Of a DNA stretch of 64,000 nucleotides, positions 29,879 to 41,406 are shown piece by piece. Each line of letters begins with the position of its first letter. Position 1 is the stretch's first letter. Under the pieces are notes generated by a model. The model had not been told where the DNA came from and ran no database searches. It worked only from the letters and a program-made list of their open reading frames with translations. The stretch spans positions 70,349-134,348 of the forward strand of contig CAVRIH010000015.1 of the NCBI GenBank assembly GCA_963721195.1. Direction: 5' to 3'. Position numbers and translations under genes: made by a program. The DNA is from an uncultured Actinomycetota bacterium. Lineage in GTDB: Bacteria; Actinomycetota; Actinomycetes; Mycobacteriales; Mycobacteriaceae.

Positions 29879-31068
29879 GTGCCAGCTTTGCTTTCAATCG
29901 TCAGCGGCAGAGTCGCCGCCACGCTGAACCCGCCGCCAGGGTGCCTGCGAACCGAAAGTTCACCGCCGAGCGCGCGGGCGCGCTCACGCATGCCGGCGAT
30001 TCCGCTGCCCCCCGAGGACGGGACGGCATTGAGCGGTCGTCCGTCGTTCTCGACCGTCACGCCCAGCGCGTCGGGTCCGTAAGTGACTGTGACAACGGCA
30101 TTCTCGGCCGTCGAGTGCCGCACCACGTTGGTCAGCGACTCTTGCACGATGCGGGCGGCGGCGACGTCGATCACCGCGGGCAGCACACGAGGCTCACCGG
30201 TTGCGGCGGTTGTCACCGTCAGTCCCGTCGCCCGCGCGGCTGAAACCAGGCCGCCCAGATCCGCGATCCCGGGCGTCGGAGCCCTGGGCTGGCCCTGCTC
30301 GGTCCGCAGCGCTTCGACAAGCGAGTGCACATCCGAAATTGCCTGGCGGCTCGCATCTTTGATCGCAGCCAGCGCCGGGCCGGCACGCTCGGGATGCGAG
30401 TCGAGCAATTCGAGCGCCACAGCGGACTGCACGTTGATCATCGACAGGCTGTGCGCCAGCACGTCATGCAGTTCCCGCGCGATGGACAGCCTCGCTTGGG
30501 TGGCCCGGCGCTCTTCCTCGGACTGCGCCTCGCGGGCCATCGCTGCCCTGCGCTGACGGCGTGCGTCGATCACCGCGCGGCGCTGCCGTATGCCTTCGGC
30601 GACCGCGACCAACACGATCAACCAGGCGGCGATCGCACCGATGGCCACCGCCGGTGGTGGGTCCTCGCCGCGCAGCAACGGAATCAGCCAGACCACCGCA
30701 GCCCAGCCCAGTAGCGGAAGCGGATAGCTCCGCCAGCGCGGGCCCACGACCGCCGCGGTCAGGAATGCCACGATCAGTGACGCGAATACGGGCCCGATGC
30801 GGAAGCCCGCCGCCAGGTACACCATGGTGATCGCGATGACGGTCATCAGCACCGTGTAGGGGTAGATGGTGCGCAGCAGCAGCGCGACGGGACCGGCTAT
30901 CAGCAGCAGGTAACCGAACCAGTTCAGCGGCACCCAGTGCAGCTCCGCCAGCGCCGGTCCGCCGCGGTGGCGGGGCGGCCTGGTGCTGCCGACGAGTTGG
31001 ATCGCGGCGACCACCAGCGGTATCAGCCACACCGCGGGCCGGCGCAGGGCGTCCGGCAGCCGGTCCAT
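29875..31068 (-). CDS. Membrane sensor histidine kinase (HisKA_3)
   Basis: Several TM helices, IARELHDVLAH, VQESLTNVVRH, GSGIAGMRER. Confidence 0.93.
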   Translation of the reverse strand: MDRLPDALRRPAVWLIPLVVAAIQLVGSTRPPRHRGGPALAELHWVPLNWFGYLLLIAGPVALLLRTIYPYTVLMTVIAITMVYLAAGFRIGPVFASLIVAFLTAAVVGPRWRSYPLPLLGWAAVVWLIPLLRGEDPPPAVAIGAIAAWLIVLVAVAEGIRQRRAVIDARRQRRAAMAREAQSEEERRATQARLSIARELHDVLAHSLSMINVQSAVALELLDSHPERAGPALAAIKDASRQAISDVHSLVEALRTEQGQPRAPTPGIADLGGLVSAARATGLTVTTAATGEPRVLPAVIDVAAARIVQESLTNVVRHSTAENAVVTVTYGPDALGVTVENDGRPLNAVPSSGGSGIAGMRERARALGGELSVRRHPGGGFSVAATLPLTIESKAGT

Positions 31069-31203
31069 ATCGAAAACTTAGTCGCGGACCGGCCGTGTTG
31101 ACGTCCGTCCTGAGGCGTACGTCACGACACGCCGCGGGATGGATTCGGCTTGTCGGAGGTGTTATGCACACTGACGGTAGAAACCGATTAAGTGAGGCGA
31201 GAA

Positions 31204-31401
31204 ATGACAGGGCTCGGCGCTTCCATATATCTGGGATTCTTCGCCCTGGCCGCGTTGTGGCTGTTCCTGACCTCCGACGGGCCTCTGACCGGTCGAGCCG
31301 ACGATCAGGGCCAGCGCCCGGAGCGTTCGAATTCGACCAGGACTTCGGCCCATTCCGAGGGGTCAAGCCCTTGGCTGGTCAGCCACTCGTCACAGAAGTA
31401 G
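31204..31401 (+). CDS. Putative small single-pass membrane protein
   Basis: [29 protein letters not shown]; 3' half overlaps the convergent gene. Confidence 0.45.
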   Translation: MTGLGASIYLGFFALAALWLFLTSDGPLTGRADDQGQRPERSNSTRTSAHSEGSSPWLVSHSSQK

Positions 31402-32417
31402 GTGTCCGCATAGCGGTCGCCGCTGTCGGCGAGCAGGGTCACCACCGACCCGTTGCGCCCGTCTGCGACCATTTCCGCAAGCAATCCGAAGGCTCCCCAC
31501 AAATTCGTACCTGTCGACGGACCGACCCGTCGGCCAAGCACTGAACTCATGTGCCGCGCCGCCGCGACCGAGGCCGCGTCGGGTACGACGACCATCCGAT
31601 CCACCACGTCGGGTAGAAACGACGGCTCCACCCGCGGGCGGCCGATGCCCTCGATGCGTGACGACATGCCCGTCACGACGTCGCTGCGCCCCTGTGCGTA
31701 GGAGGGGAAGAACGCCGAGTTCTCCGGATCGACGACGCACAGCCCGGTTGCATAGCGGCGGTACCGGATGTACCGGCCGATCGTCGCGCTGGTGCCACCG
31801 GTTCCCGCTCCGACCACGATCCAGTCAGGAATCGGATGGGCCTCCGCGAGCATCTGCTCGAAGATCGATTCGGCGATGTTGTTGTTTCCGCGCCAGTCGG
31901 TGGCGCGTTCGGCGTTGGTGAACTGATCGAGGTAGTGGCCACCCGTCTCCACGGCCAGTCGCTCGGCCTCGGAGTACACCTGCGACGACTCGGCGACGAA
32001 ATGGCAACGGCCGCCTTGGGATTCGATCAGCGCAATCTTGCTCGCGCTCGTCGACGAGGGCATCACCGCGATGAACGGCAGACCCAACAGCGCGGCGAAA
32101 TACGCTTCAGACACTGCCGTCGACCCCGACGATGCCTCGATGACGGTGGTGTTCTCGTCGATCCATCCGTTGCACAACGCGTAAAGGAACAACGACCGCG
32201 CCAACCGGTGCTTGAGGCTGCCAGTGATGTGTGTGCTCTCGTCCTTGAGGTAGAGCTCGACATTCGCGCTGTCGCACCAGGCGGCCGGCAACGGGTATCG
32301 CAACAGATGCGTGTCGGCGCTACGGCGCGCGTCGGCCTCGATCAGCCGGACCGCATTGTCCACCCAAGAGCGTGGCCGGCCCCGACTGGCGTCCGATGCT
32401 GCGTTCAAATCGTTCAC
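31305..32417 (-). CDS. cds1: PLP-dependent cysteine synthase-family enzyme / cysteine desulfhydrase (Rv3684-like)
   Basis: [37 protein letters not shown]. Confidence 0.88.
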   Translation of the reverse strand: MNDLNAASDASRGRPRSWVDNAVRLIEADARRSADTHLLRYPLPAAWCDSANVELYLKDESTHITGSLKHRLARSLFLYALCNGWIDENTTVIEASSGSTAVSEAYFAALLGLPFIAVMPSSTSASKIALIESQGGRCHFVAESSQVYSEAERLAVETGGHYLDQFTNAERATDWRGNNNIAESIFEQMLAEAHPIPDWIVVGAGTGGTSATIGRYIRYRRYATGLCVVDPENSAFFPSYAQGRSDVVTGMSSRIEGIGRPRVEPSFLPDVVDRMVVVPDAASVAAARHMSSVLGRRVGPSTGTNLWGAFGLLAEMVADGRNGSVVTLLADSGDRYADTYFCDEWLTSQGLDPSEWAEVLVEFERSGRWP

Positions 32418-32441
32418 CGCAGCAGTCGAAGCGCTTCTCGC

Positions 32442-33416
32442 TCAGCGCACCGAGACGCTTGGATGTGACTCGCCCTCTTGGATACCGGTGTAGGAACCGC
32501 CGATCGGCGTGGCGACCAGCGTCAACAACGTCGCCTCAGGCCTGCAGCAGAACCGCACGGGCGCATACGGCGACGTGCCGATGCCCGCGGAAACATGCAG
32601 CTGTGTGTGGGCACCCCATTGCGAGGCGCCCTTGGCCCGCGACCGGTCAAGGTCGCAATTGGTGACGACGGCGCCGTAGAACGGCAGGCACAGCTGGCCG
32701 CCGTGAGTGTGACCAGCCATGATCAGCTGATAACCGTCGGAGGCGAATCGGTCGAGCACGCGCGGCTCGGGTGAATGGGTCAGCCCCAGCCTCAGGTTGA
32801 CCGCGGGGTTGGCGGCACCGGCGATCGTCTCGTACCGGTCACGCTTCAGGTGCGGGTCGTCGACGCCCGCCGCCGCGATGAGCAGGCCGCCCACCTCGAA
32901 CTCGCGCCGTGTGTGCGTCATGTCCAACCAGCCGCGCTCGGTGAACGCCGCCCGAAGGTCCTGCCAGGGCAGGGGCTCCCCGTGGAGTCGGCGGCTCGGA
33001 TTGGTCAGATAGTTCAGCGGATTCTTCGGGCGTGGACCGAAGTAGTCGTTGCTGCCGAACACGAACACCCCGGGCACTGCGAGCAGATCGCCGAGTGCCT
33101 GCACGACGGCGGGCACGGCTTTCGGGTGGGCGAGGTTGTCACCCGTGTTGACGACCAGGTCCGGCTCCAGTCGGGCCAGCTCCCGCAGCCAGTCCTGCTT
33201 GCGCCGCTGCGCAGGGCGCATGTGGATGTCGCTGATGTGCAGCACCTTCAACGGTGACGATCCCGGCGAGAGCACCGGAATCGTCACTTCACGCACCGCA
33301 TATGCATGGCGTTCGATGAGCGACGCATAACCGACCCCCGCGACCAGCGAACCGGCGGCGACGACTGCGGTGCCTTTCAAAACCGAGGCGGTCTTCAGGA
33401 TCGAAGAGGCGGACAT
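32442..33416 (-). CDS. Metallophosphoesterase (Rv3683-like)
   Basis: SDIH, TGD, GSND, GHTHGGQ. Confidence 0.9.
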   Translation of the reverse strand: MSASSILKTASVLKGTAVVAAGSLVAGVGYASLIERHAYAVREVTIPVLSPGSSPLKVLHISDIHMRPAQRRKQDWLRELARLEPDLVVNTGDNLAHPKAVPAVVQALGDLLAVPGVFVFGSNDYFGPRPKNPLNYLTNPSRRLHGEPLPWQDLRAAFTERGWLDMTHTRREFEVGGLLIAAAGVDDPHLKRDRYETIAGAANPAVNLRLGLTHSPEPRVLDRFASDGYQLIMAGHTHGGQLCLPFYGAVVTNCDLDRSRAKGASQWGAHTQLHVSAGIGTSPYAPVRFCCRPEATLLTLVATPIGGSYTGIQEGESHPSVSVR

Positions 33417-33490
33417 GCAGCAGAGCTTACTGCCAGCCCGTCGTTCACACCGATTTCACCGGAGCCAGCGTGGCCGACACCACAGCGTGA

Positions 33491-35959
33491 TCAGGGCGGT
33501 GGTGGCGGCGCTCCTGGAGGCGGTGCTGGCGGAGGTGGACCCAGGACCGGCACCGTGATCGGCGGCAGCCCGGGAATCTGGACCACCGTCTGCCCGACCG
33601 GCGGCGGAAGGCCCGGTATCGCGCCCGGCGGGGGCGGCGGTGGCGCCGGCGGGATGCCGTTGGAGATCTGGATCGTGATGATCGACCCCGGAACCGTCTG
33701 CCCGGCCGGCGACGTGCCCACCACAGTTCCGTACGACGCGCTGCTGTTGACCGGTGTGGACTCGTTGGCGACCTGGAAACCGGCTTCGCGCAGCCGCTGC
33801 CGCGCGGTGCTCTCGTTCAGACCCGAGATACTGGGTACGCGCGAGCCCGGCGCGCCGTCGACGTAGCGGGGGTCGGTCGGCGGCAGCGACACCGGGCCGA
33901 AGTTGTTGGCGATCGGCATCATCGCTTTGAACCACGTCCTGGCGGGTTCGTTGCCGCCGAACAGGTTGCCGTCCCCGCCGCACTGGCGAAGGGGGTAGGA
34001 GCACAGCGCGCCCGGCGCGGTCGAGTCGTCGTAGATGTAGTTGGCGGCGGCGTACTGATTGGTGAAGCCGACGAAGCCCGCCGAGCGGCTGGCCTCTGTC
34101 GTGCCGGTCTTGCCCGACATCGGCAGATTCCAGCCGACCGAGCCCGCCGCTCCTGCGGCGGTGCCCGCGCCGGTGTCGTCCTTGCTCATCGCGTTGGCGA
34201 GCGTGTTGGCCAAGCCCTCGGGCACGACCTGTTCACATGTCTCGGTGGTCACCGACACCGGCTTGCCGTCGCGGTCGATGACCTCGGCGATGGGGTTCGG
34301 CGGGCACCACATGCCGCCGGACGCCAGCGTCGCCGCGACATTCGACAACTCCAGCGCGTTGACCTCGATCGGGCCCAGCGTGAACGATCCGAGGTTCTGT
34401 CGTTTGACGAAGTCGGCCAGGCTTTCGTTGCTCTCCGGGTCGTAGTCGCGGGCGGTGCCCGGCAGGGCATAGGACCTCAGGCCGAGCTTGACCGCCATGT
34501 CGACGGTGCGTTGCACACCCACTTGCGAGATCAGCTTGGCGAAGGCCGTGTTCGGCGACGTGGCCAGCGCATCGGTGACGCTCATCGTGCCGCGATAATT
34601 ACCGCCGTTCTGTACACACCACGTCGCGGGCGGGCAGCCTCTGGCACCACCGCTGCCCAGACCCTTGGCCTGGAACCGGGCCGGCGCGTCCAGCTGAGCG
34701 TTGATGCCCATGCCCATGTCCATCGCGGCGGCCGTGGTGAAGATCTTGAAAATCGACCCAGCGCCGTCGCCGACGAGCGAGAACGGCTGGGGCTGCATGG
34801 TCTCCCTGGCCTCCAGGTTCAGGCCGTAGGTGCGGTTGCTGGCCATCGCCAGCACCGGATGGGACTCCTTGCCCGGTCTGATCACGCTCATCACGCTGGC
34901 GACGCCGTCCAGGTCGGGGCTGGCGATCTCGTTGACCGCAGCCTTTACCGGAATCTGCACATCGGGATCGAGGGTGGTCTTGATCATGTAGCCACCCCTG
35001 GCGACCTGATCCTTGCTGATCCCGGCGCGCGCCAGGTACTCGAGTACGTAGTCGCAGAAAAACGCGCGATCGCCTGCCGCGATGCAGCCGCGCGGCAACT
35101 CCTTGGGCTGGGGCAGGACGCCCAGTGGTTGTCCCTTGGCCGCCTGTAGTGCCGCGGCCTCTGCGGGAATGTTCTCGATCATGGTGTCCAGCACCACGTT
35201 TCGACGGGCCAGCGCACCCTCGGGATTCGTGTAGGGATTCAGTGTGCTGGTTGATTGCACCATGCCCGCCAGCAGTGCCGCCTGCTCCCAGTTCAGTTCG
35301 GAGGCGTTGATGCCGAAGTACGTCTGCGCGGCGTCCTGCACGCCGAACGCGCCGTTGCCGAACGAGACGAGATTCAGATAGCGGGTGAGGATCTCCGGCT
35401 TGGTGAAGGTTTTGTCCAGGGTCAGGGCCATGCGGATCTCGCGCAGCTTGCGGGCGGGAGTGGTTTCGATGGCCGCACGCTTCTCCGCGTCGGTCTGCGC
35501 GATCACCAGCAACTGGTAATTCTTGACGTACTGCTGCTCGATCGTGGAGCCGCCGCGGGTGTCGAGGTTTCCGGACAGATAGCCCGACAGGCCGGTGAGG
35601 GTGCCCTGCACGTCCACCCCGTTGTGCTCGGCGAACCGTTTGTCCTCGATGGACACGATCGCCAACTTCATCGTGTTGGCGATCTGGTCGCCGGGCACCT
35701 CGAACCGGCGCTGGGAGTACAGCCATGCGATGACGTTGCCCTTGGCGTCGACCATCGTCGACACCTGCGGCACTTCGCCCTCCACCAGCTGCGCCGACCC
35801 GTTGGCGACCACGTCGGAGGCCCGGTTCGAGACCAGGCCGAACCCTCCGACTACCGGAAACATCAATGCCGCAAGGACGACGCTGGCCAACACACAGCAC
35901 CACGCAAGCTTGATCACCGTGACCGCTGGTGGCGGCGGGGACGGCGGGCTTTCCGGCAT
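33491..35959 (-). CDS. ponA2: Class A penicillin-binding protein with PASTA domain and Pro-rich tail
   Basis: EDKRFAEHNG, GGSTIEQQ, RKLRE, SIFK, SPN, KTG. Confidence 0.95.
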   Translation of the reverse strand: MPESPPSPPPPAVTVIKLAWCCVLASVVLAALMFPVVGGFGLVSNRASDVVANGSAQLVEGEVPQVSTMVDAKGNVIAWLYSQRRFEVPGDQIANTMKLAIVSIEDKRFAEHNGVDVQGTLTGLSGYLSGNLDTRGGSTIEQQYVKNYQLLVIAQTDAEKRAAIETTPARKLREIRMALTLDKTFTKPEILTRYLNLVSFGNGAFGVQDAAQTYFGINASELNWEQAALLAGMVQSTSTLNPYTNPEGALARRNVVLDTMIENIPAEAAALQAAKGQPLGVLPQPKELPRGCIAAGDRAFFCDYVLEYLARAGISKDQVARGGYMIKTTLDPDVQIPVKAAVNEIASPDLDGVASVMSVIRPGKESHPVLAMASNRTYGLNLEARETMQPQPFSLVGDGAGSIFKIFTTAAAMDMGMGINAQLDAPARFQAKGLGSGGARGCPPATWCVQNGGNYRGTMSVTDALATSPNTAFAKLISQVGVQRTVDMAVKLGLRSYALPGTARDYDPESNESLADFVKRQNLGSFTLGPIEVNALELSNVAATLASGGMWCPPNPIAEVIDRDGKPVSVTTETCEQVVPEGLANTLANAMSKDDTGAGTAAGAAGSVGWNLPMSGKTGTTEASRSAGFVGFTNQYAAANYIYDDSTAPGALCSYPLRQCGGDGNLFGGNEPARTWFKAMMPIANNFGPVSLPPTDPRYVDGAPGSRVPSISGLNESTARQRLREAGFQVANESTPVNSSASYGTVVGTSPAGQTVPGSIITIQISNGIPPAPPPPPPGAIPGLPPPVGQTVVQIPGLPPITVPVLGPPPPAPPPGAPPPPP

Positions 35960-36156
35960 GCGTACAGAGTAGCCAGAGGATTCTGGCAGCAAAATTGGCA
36001 GATTCGGTCAGTCGATTGCTCGGCGTTGTTAGCTCTCCGACCTGCAAGCGCGTCAAATTTGTTTAGAGTTTGCTTAGGGACTGCACGGTTGTCCCAAAAA
36101 AGTGGCCCCGAACGTATTGCGCAGAAGCGCCGTGACCACTTAAGTTGTCCTGACAG

Positions 36157-36172
36157 TGCGATGCAGGTCACA
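36157..36172. promoter_or_regulatory. CRP-like site between ponA2 and whiB4
   Basis: TGCGA-N6-TCACA (9/10 match to TGTGA-N6-TCACA). Confidence 0.6.
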
Positions 36173-36269
36173 CTCGACCCTCGTACAGTGACGTAGAACG
36201 CACTATCGCGTTTTGCACCAGGATGAGTAAGCCGTCGTCGGGGGGCGGCCGGAACGAAGGGGATCGCTG

Positions 36270-36626
36270 GTGTCCGGTACGAGGCCCGCAGCGCGGAGGA
36301 CAAGCATGACAATTACTGCCCCCAGTGTCGTCCAAGGCGCCGAGGCCGAGGCGCGCATCGCCTGGGTTTCTCAGGCACGTTGTCGCCAGGCTGACCCCGA
36401 TGAACTTTTTGTCCGCGGTGCGGCGCAGCGCAAAGCTGCCGTGATCTGCAGGCACTGCCCGGTGATCCTGGAATGCGGCGCCGACGCGCTGGACAATCGG
36501 GTGGAGTTCGGTGTGTGGGGAGGCATGACCGAACGTCAGCGCCGTGCCCTGCTCAAGCAGCACCCCGAGGTCGTCTCCTGGGCTGAATTCTTCGCCGCCC
36601 AGCGCAAGCACCGCAGCGCCGTCTAA
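36270..36626 (+). CDS. whiB4: WhiB-family Fe-S regulator
   Basis: Four Cys, FGVWGGMTERQRR; divergent from ponA2. Confidence 0.95.
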   Translation: MSGTRPAARRTSMTITAPSVVQGAEAEARIAWVSQARCRQADPDELFVRGAAQRKAAVICRHCPVILECGADALDNRVEFGVWGGMTERQRRALLKQHPEVVSWAEFFAAQRKHRSAV

Positions 36627-36657
36627 GGCGCTACGCGGGCTCTTTTCCATTCGCCGC

Positions 36658-37788
36658 CTACGCGGCGGGTGTCTGACCGGTGATCTGATCGGCGATCGCT
36701 CTCAGCGCGTCCAGGTCGGAGACGTCGAACGGCAGCGACGGCACACCCACGATCGCCACATGCGGATTCGCGCCGGTGAAGCGCGACAGCAGCCTGATTT
36801 CCCGTTTGGACCTTCCCGCGCGGTCAGAGTGGATCCGCAGCACGGCCGCGGTCACCGAGTCGGGATCTGATGCCTCGAGGGCATCGGCAGCCTCGTCTGC
36901 CTTGTCGGCATGCAACGACGACAACATCGGGTGGGTGCGGTTGAGGATCAGCCCGGACAGCGGCATGTGCTCCTGTGAGAGCCGGTCGATGAAGAACGAC
37001 GCTTCGCGCAGTGCATCGGGCTCGGCGGCCGACACCACGACGAACTGGGTTCCTCGTCGCTTCAACAGATCGTAGGTGCGGTCGGCCTTCTCCCGAAACC
37101 CACCAAAGGTGGCATCGAGTGACTGTACGAATGCAGCTGCGTCCGAAAGCATCTGGGAGCCGAGCACCGTAGACAGAGCGCGCATCGCCAGACCCATTGC
37201 CCCTGCCACCAGCTTGCCGATGCCTCGACCGGGGCCCAGCAGCAGCTTCCAAAGCCGACTGTCCATGAAGCCGCCCAACCGTTTCGGAGCATCGAGAAAG
37301 TCCAGCGCGTTGCGGGACGGGGGTGTGTCGACAACGACGAGGTCCCACCGATCCTCGGCGAGCAGTTGACCGAGCTTCTCCATCGCCATGTATTCCTGAG
37401 TGCCCGCCAGTGACGTCGCGACGGTCTGATAGAACTGGTTGTCCAGAATCTCTTGTGCGCGTTCTTCTCCGGAGTACTGGATCACCATTTCGTCGAATGT
37501 GCGACGCATGTCGAGCATCATGGCGTGCAGCTCGCCCGACACCTCCGGGGCCAGCGGCACCCGCTGCGGTGAATTGCCCAGATCCTTGATGCCGAGCGCC
37601 TGCGCCAGCCGCTTGGCGGGGTCGATGGTCAGCACCACGACTGTGCGGCCGTACTCGGCGGCGCGTAGCGCCATCGCCGCGGCGGTGGTGGTCTTGCCGA
37701 CACCGCCTGCGCCGCAACACACCACGACGCGATTGGAGGTGTCCGACAGAATCGATGCCATATCCAGCGCGGGTGGTGTGGTGCTCAT
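36658..37788 (-). CDS. ArsA/Get3-family ATPase (Rv3680-like)
   Basis: [23 protein letters not shown]. Confidence 0.92.
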   Translation of the reverse strand: MSTTPPALDMASILSDTSNRVVVCCGAGGVGKTTTAAAMALRAAEYGRTVVVLTIDPAKRLAQALGIKDLGNSPQRVPLAPEVSGELHAMMLDMRRTFDEMVIQYSGEERAQEILDNQFYQTVATSLAGTQEYMAMEKLGQLLAEDRWDLVVVDTPPSRNALDFLDAPKRLGGFMDSRLWKLLLGPGRGIGKLVAGAMGLAMRALSTVLGSQMLSDAAAFVQSLDATFGGFREKADRTYDLLKRRGTQFVVVSAAEPDALREASFFIDRLSQEHMPLSGLILNRTHPMLSSLHADKADEAADALEASDPDSVTAAVLRIHSDRAGRSKREIRLLSRFTGANPHVAIVGVPSLPFDVSDLDALRAIADQITGQTPAA

Positions 37789-38804
37789 CTGACCCCCTGG
37801 TGGGCGAGCGCTTCGGCGAGTTCGTAGAGGCTGCCGAGATCGACGCCGTCGGAGATCTGCGGCAGCTCCAGGCGTGCCACGTCGAGCTCGTCGAGCTGCT
37901 CGGCACTCTCCGAACGTGCCTGAATCCGTGTGGCATGCTGAATCGTTTCGGTCAGCAGCCCCGCAAAGTCGTTGTCGGACAACGTGATTCCTGCATCGCT
38001 CAAACCCGCCCGGACAGCGTCGGCATCCATCACCCCGTCGGCGGCCTTGATCAGGTCGTCAGGAGGAAGGTACGAGGGGATGTTGCGGTTCACGATGACG
38101 CTGCCGATCGGCAGGCCCAACTCCTTGAGCTCGTCGATGGCTTCCAGCGTCTCCTGGATCGGCAGCGCCTCGAGCAGGGTGACCAGATGGATCGCGGTGA
38201 GGTCGGAGTGCAGCACCTTGACGACACTTTCGGCCTGCGAATGCACCGGGCCGCCCTTCGCCAGTTGCGAGACCGCCTTGGTGACGTCGAGGAACCGGGC
38301 GATGCGCCCCGTCGGTGGCGAGTCCACGACAATCGCGTCGTAGACCGGCTGCTTACCCTTCTCGGCGCGGGTCACGATCTCGCGGATCTTGCCCGTGAGG
38401 AGCACGTCACGCAGGCCGGGTGCGATGGTCGTGGCGAATTCGACTGCCCCGATCCGTCGCATGGCACGCCCGGCGATGCCGAGGTTGTAGAACATGTCCA
38501 GGTACTCGAGGAACGCGGCTTCGGTGTCGATCGCGAGCGCGTTGACGGTGCCGCCACCGTCTGCGGTGGCGATCTTGACCTCCTCGTAGGGCAGCGGCGG
38601 CACGTCGAACAGCTGCGCGATGCCTTGCCGCCCTTCGACTTCCACCAACAGCACCTTGCGGCCGCCTGCGGCGAGCGCCAGCGCTAACGAGGCGGCGATG
38701 GTCGACTTACCGGTTCCGCCCTTGCCGGTGACGAAGTGCAGCCGCGCCTTGGTCAGGCGGGACGGCCAACCGACCGCGCTGCGGTCGTCAGAGGTGGTGC
38801 CCAC
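37785..38804 (-). CDS. ArsA/Get3-family ATPase (Rv3679-like)
   Basis: [17 protein letters not shown]. Confidence 0.92.
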   Translation of the reverse strand: MGTTSDDRSAVGWPSRLTKARLHFVTGKGGTGKSTIAASLALALAAGGRKVLLVEVEGRQGIAQLFDVPPLPYEEVKIATADGGGTVNALAIDTEAAFLEYLDMFYNLGIAGRAMRRIGAVEFATTIAPGLRDVLLTGKIREIVTRAEKGKQPVYDAIVVDSPPTGRIARFLDVTKAVSQLAKGGPVHSQAESVVKVLHSDLTAIHLVTLLEALPIQETLEAIDELKELGLPIGSVIVNRNIPSYLPPDDLIKAADGVMDADAVRAGLSDAGITLSDNDFAGLLTETIQHATRIQARSESAEQLDELDVARLELPQISDGVDLGSLYELAEALAHQGVR

Positions 38805-38852
38805 CCGTGCATGCTAACCAAGTGCACATCACTGCCCGATAGGCTCAGCCAC

Positions 38853-39014
38853 ATGAGCGAACCAACGCGCTGGGAATACGCCACCGTCCCGCTGCTTACG
38901 CACGCGACCAAACAGATCCTCGACCAGTGGGGAGAAGACGGCTGGGAGCTGGTGTCGGTACTCCAGGGACCGACTGGTGAGCAGCATGTCGCCTACCTCA
39001 AGCGGCCGAAGTGA
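38853..39014 (+). CDS. DUF4177 small protein (Rv3678A-like)
   Basis: WEYATVPLLTHATKQILDQWGEDGWELV; TAGGCT -10 directly upstream. Confidence 0.88.
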   Translation: MSEPTRWEYATVPLLTHATKQILDQWGEDGWELVSVLQGPTGEQHVAYLKRPK

Positions 39015-39466
39015 GCCCCTCGGCCAGGCTCGCCGAGCTGGGCATCGAACTGCCCGACGTGGTGCCGCCGTTGGCCGCCTACGTGCCTGCCGTACGCACG
39101 GGCAATTTGGTCTACACCGCCGGACAGCTGCCAATGGAGGCGGGAAGCCTGGTCCGAGACGGCAAGGTGGGCGCCGAGGTCACACCTGAGGACGGTAAGG
39201 CTCTGGCACGGGTATGCGCGCTCAATGCGTTGGCCGCAGTTCATTCGCTGGTCGGCATCGACTCGGTCACGCGCGTCGTCAAGGTCGTCGGGTTCGTGGC
39301 ATCCGCGCCCGGGTTCAACGGACAACCTGGAGTCGTCAACGGCGCGTCGGAGCTGTTCGGTGACGTGTTCGGCGACGACGGGGCGCATGCTCGTTCTGCG
39401 GTCGGGGTCTCCGAACTGCCGCTGGACGCGCCGGTCGAGGTCGAAGTGATCGTCGAGGTCGCGTGA
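39011..39466 (+). CDS. RidA/YjgF-family protein (Rv3678c-like)
   Basis: [29 protein letters not shown]. Confidence 0.92.
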   Translation: MSPSARLAELGIELPDVVPPLAAYVPAVRTGNLVYTAGQLPMEAGSLVRDGKVGAEVTPEDGKALARVCALNALAAVHSLVGIDSVTRVVKVVGFVASAPGFNGQPGVVNGASELFGDVFGDDGAHARSAVGVSELPLDAPVEVEVIVEVA

Positions 39467-39488
39467 GCGACGAGCAGGCCGAGGTCGC

Positions 39489-40265
39489 GTGAGCCTCGAG
39501 CACCCCGCGTACAAGAAACTCCGTCCGGTGACGGAGACCGCGTCGGTGCTGCTGTGCGACAACCCCGGACTACTGACCCTCGAGGGCACCAACACCTGGG
39601 TGCTGCAGGGGACCGGCAGCGACGAGATCGTCATCGTCGACCCCGGTCCGGAGGACGACGAGCACATCCAATTGATCGCTGGCCTCGGCAAGATTCCCTT
39701 GGTGCTGATCAGCCACAAGCACGAGGACCACACCGGCGCCATCGACAAGATCGTCGAGCGCACCGGCGCAGTGGTCCGTTCGGTGGGCAGCGGCTTCCTG
39801 CGGGGACTCGGCGGTCCGTTGACCGACGGCGAGGTCATCGACGCGGCCGGCCTGCGGATCACGGTGATGGCCACTCCCGGGCACACCGCGGACTCGGTCT
39901 CGTTCCTGCTCGACGACGCGGTGCTGACCGCCGACACCGTGCTCGGCCGCGGCACCACCGTCATCGACAAGGAGGACGGCAGCCTGCGGGAGTACCTGGA
40001 ATCGTTGCAGCGGCTGCGCGGCATCGGTCACCGGGCGGTCCTTCCGGGCCACGGCCCGGATCTCGCCGACCTGCAAGCGGTCAGCGACATGTATCTGGCG
40101 CATCGCGAGGAGCGACTCGATCAGGTGCGGGCGGCCCTGCAGGAACTCGGCGACGACGCCACCGCGCGACAGATCGTCGAGCATGTATACACCGACGTCG
40201 ATGAAAAACTCTGGGACGCAGCGGAATGGAGCGTCCAGGCCCAGGTCGACTACCTACGTTCCTGA
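39489..40265 (+). CDS. MBL-fold metallo-hydrolase (Rv3677c-like)
   Basis: GTNTW, SHKHEDH, PGHTADS, PGHG. Confidence 0.92.
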   Translation: MSLEHPAYKKLRPVTETASVLLCDNPGLLTLEGTNTWVLQGTGSDEIVIVDPGPEDDEHIQLIAGLGKIPLVLISHKHEDHTGAIDKIVERTGAVVRSVGSGFLRGLGGPLTDGEVIDAAGLRITVMATPGHTADSVSFLLDDAVLTADTVLGRGTTVIDKEDGSLREYLESLQRLRGIGHRAVLPGHGPDLADLQAVSDMYLAHREERLDQVRAALQELGDDATARQIVEHVYTDVDEKLWDAAEWSVQAQVDYLRS

Positions 40266-40945
40266 GCGCTAGCGGCGCTCGGCCGGGCCAGCCGTTCGGA
40301 GTCCGAGATGAGAACGCTCTTGCCCTCCAGCCGAATCCAGCCGCGGTGCGCGAAATCGGCGAGGGCCTTGTTGACGGTCTCGCGCGATGCGCCGACGAGC
40401 TGGGCGATCTCCTCCTGCGTCAGGTCGTGCGTAACCCGCAACGCGCCGCCCTCCTGCGTGCCGAAGCGCTGAGCCAGCTGGAGCAGCTGCTTGGCCACGC
40501 GGCCGGGGACATCGGTGAAGATCAGGTCGGCGAGGTTGTTGTTGGTGCGCCGCAGCCGGCGGGCCAACACGCGCAACAGCTGCTCGGCGATCTCGGGGCG
40601 ATCGGCAATCCAGGCGCGCAGGGCGTCGCGGTCCATCGACACGGCGCGCACATCGGTGATGGTCGTGGCGCTGGACGTCCGCGGGCCGGGGTCGAAGATC
40701 GAGAGCTCGCCGAACATGTCCGACGGGCCCATGATCGTGAGCAGATTCTCGCGGCCGTCCGGTGAGCGGCGGCCGATCTTGACCTTGCCGGAAACGATGA
40801 TGTAGAGCCGGTCGCCGGGCTCACCCTCTGCGAACACGGTGTGCCCACGTGGGAAGTCGACGGGCTGCAATTGCTTGGTCAGCGCTGAAACCGCGCTGGG
40901 TTCGACTCCCTGGAAGATTCCGGCCCTCGCCAGGATCTCGTCCAC
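40250..40945 (-). CDS. crp: cAMP receptor protein (Rv3676 orthologue); last codons probably corrupted, expected stop 40269
   Basis: [48 protein letters not shown]. Confidence 0.96.
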   Translation of the reverse strand: MDEILARAGIFQGVEPSAVSALTKQLQPVDFPRGHTVFAEGEPGDRLYIIVSGKVKIGRRSPDGRENLLTIMGPSDMFGELSIFDPGPRTSSATTITDVRAVSMDRDALRAWIADRPEIAEQLLRVLARRLRRTNNNLADLIFTDVPGRVAKQLLQLAQRFGTQEGGALRVTHDLTQEEIAQLVGASRETVNKALADFAHRGWIRLEGKSVLISDSERLARPSAASAQERR

Positions 40946-41073
40946 GTTGCCCCTCTTAAGCTGTTGGCTGATATGACATGCGCAGGCCGACCTCTAACTG
41001 GTTTGCGAGATCAGTCTAGAGGTACGCCTCGCCGACGTTGTCGGCATTGCGCCTCCAGCGTGACCAGCCCACG

Positions 41074-41406
41074 CTACACACGATTGGGTTGCCGAGTCCG
41101 CTGAAATTCAGGATTGGCCGCGCTGTGGACATATACGCGCGTCGGCAAACGCGCGTTATCGGCGGCCGTCGTTCGGCCGTCGTGCTTGGGCCCCTGCCCC
41201 TGCAGGCGTCGATGCTGGCTGTCCATGGCGCGGCTCATGCCGTCTCGCGCAAGTGTGTTGACGTCGTCGGCTTCGGCTTGCTCCAGAAACGCCGCGACAT
41301 CGCTCGCCGAGACCGTGTCGCGGCTCAGGCTGGTTTCGAGTCGTTCCAACGCGAAAGTTGCCATCATCAGCAACCCCGGAGTTACGGCCACGAGCAACCA
41401 CGACAC
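41074..41406 (-). CDS. Hypothetical membrane-anchored protein (Rv3675-like)
   Basis: [24 protein letters not shown]; synteny. Confidence 0.78.
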   Translation of the reverse strand: MSWLLVAVTPGLLMMATFALERLETSLSRDTVSASDVAAFLEQAEADDVNTLARDGMSRAMDSQHRRLQGQGPKHDGRTTAADNARLPTRVYVHSAANPEFQRTRQPNRV

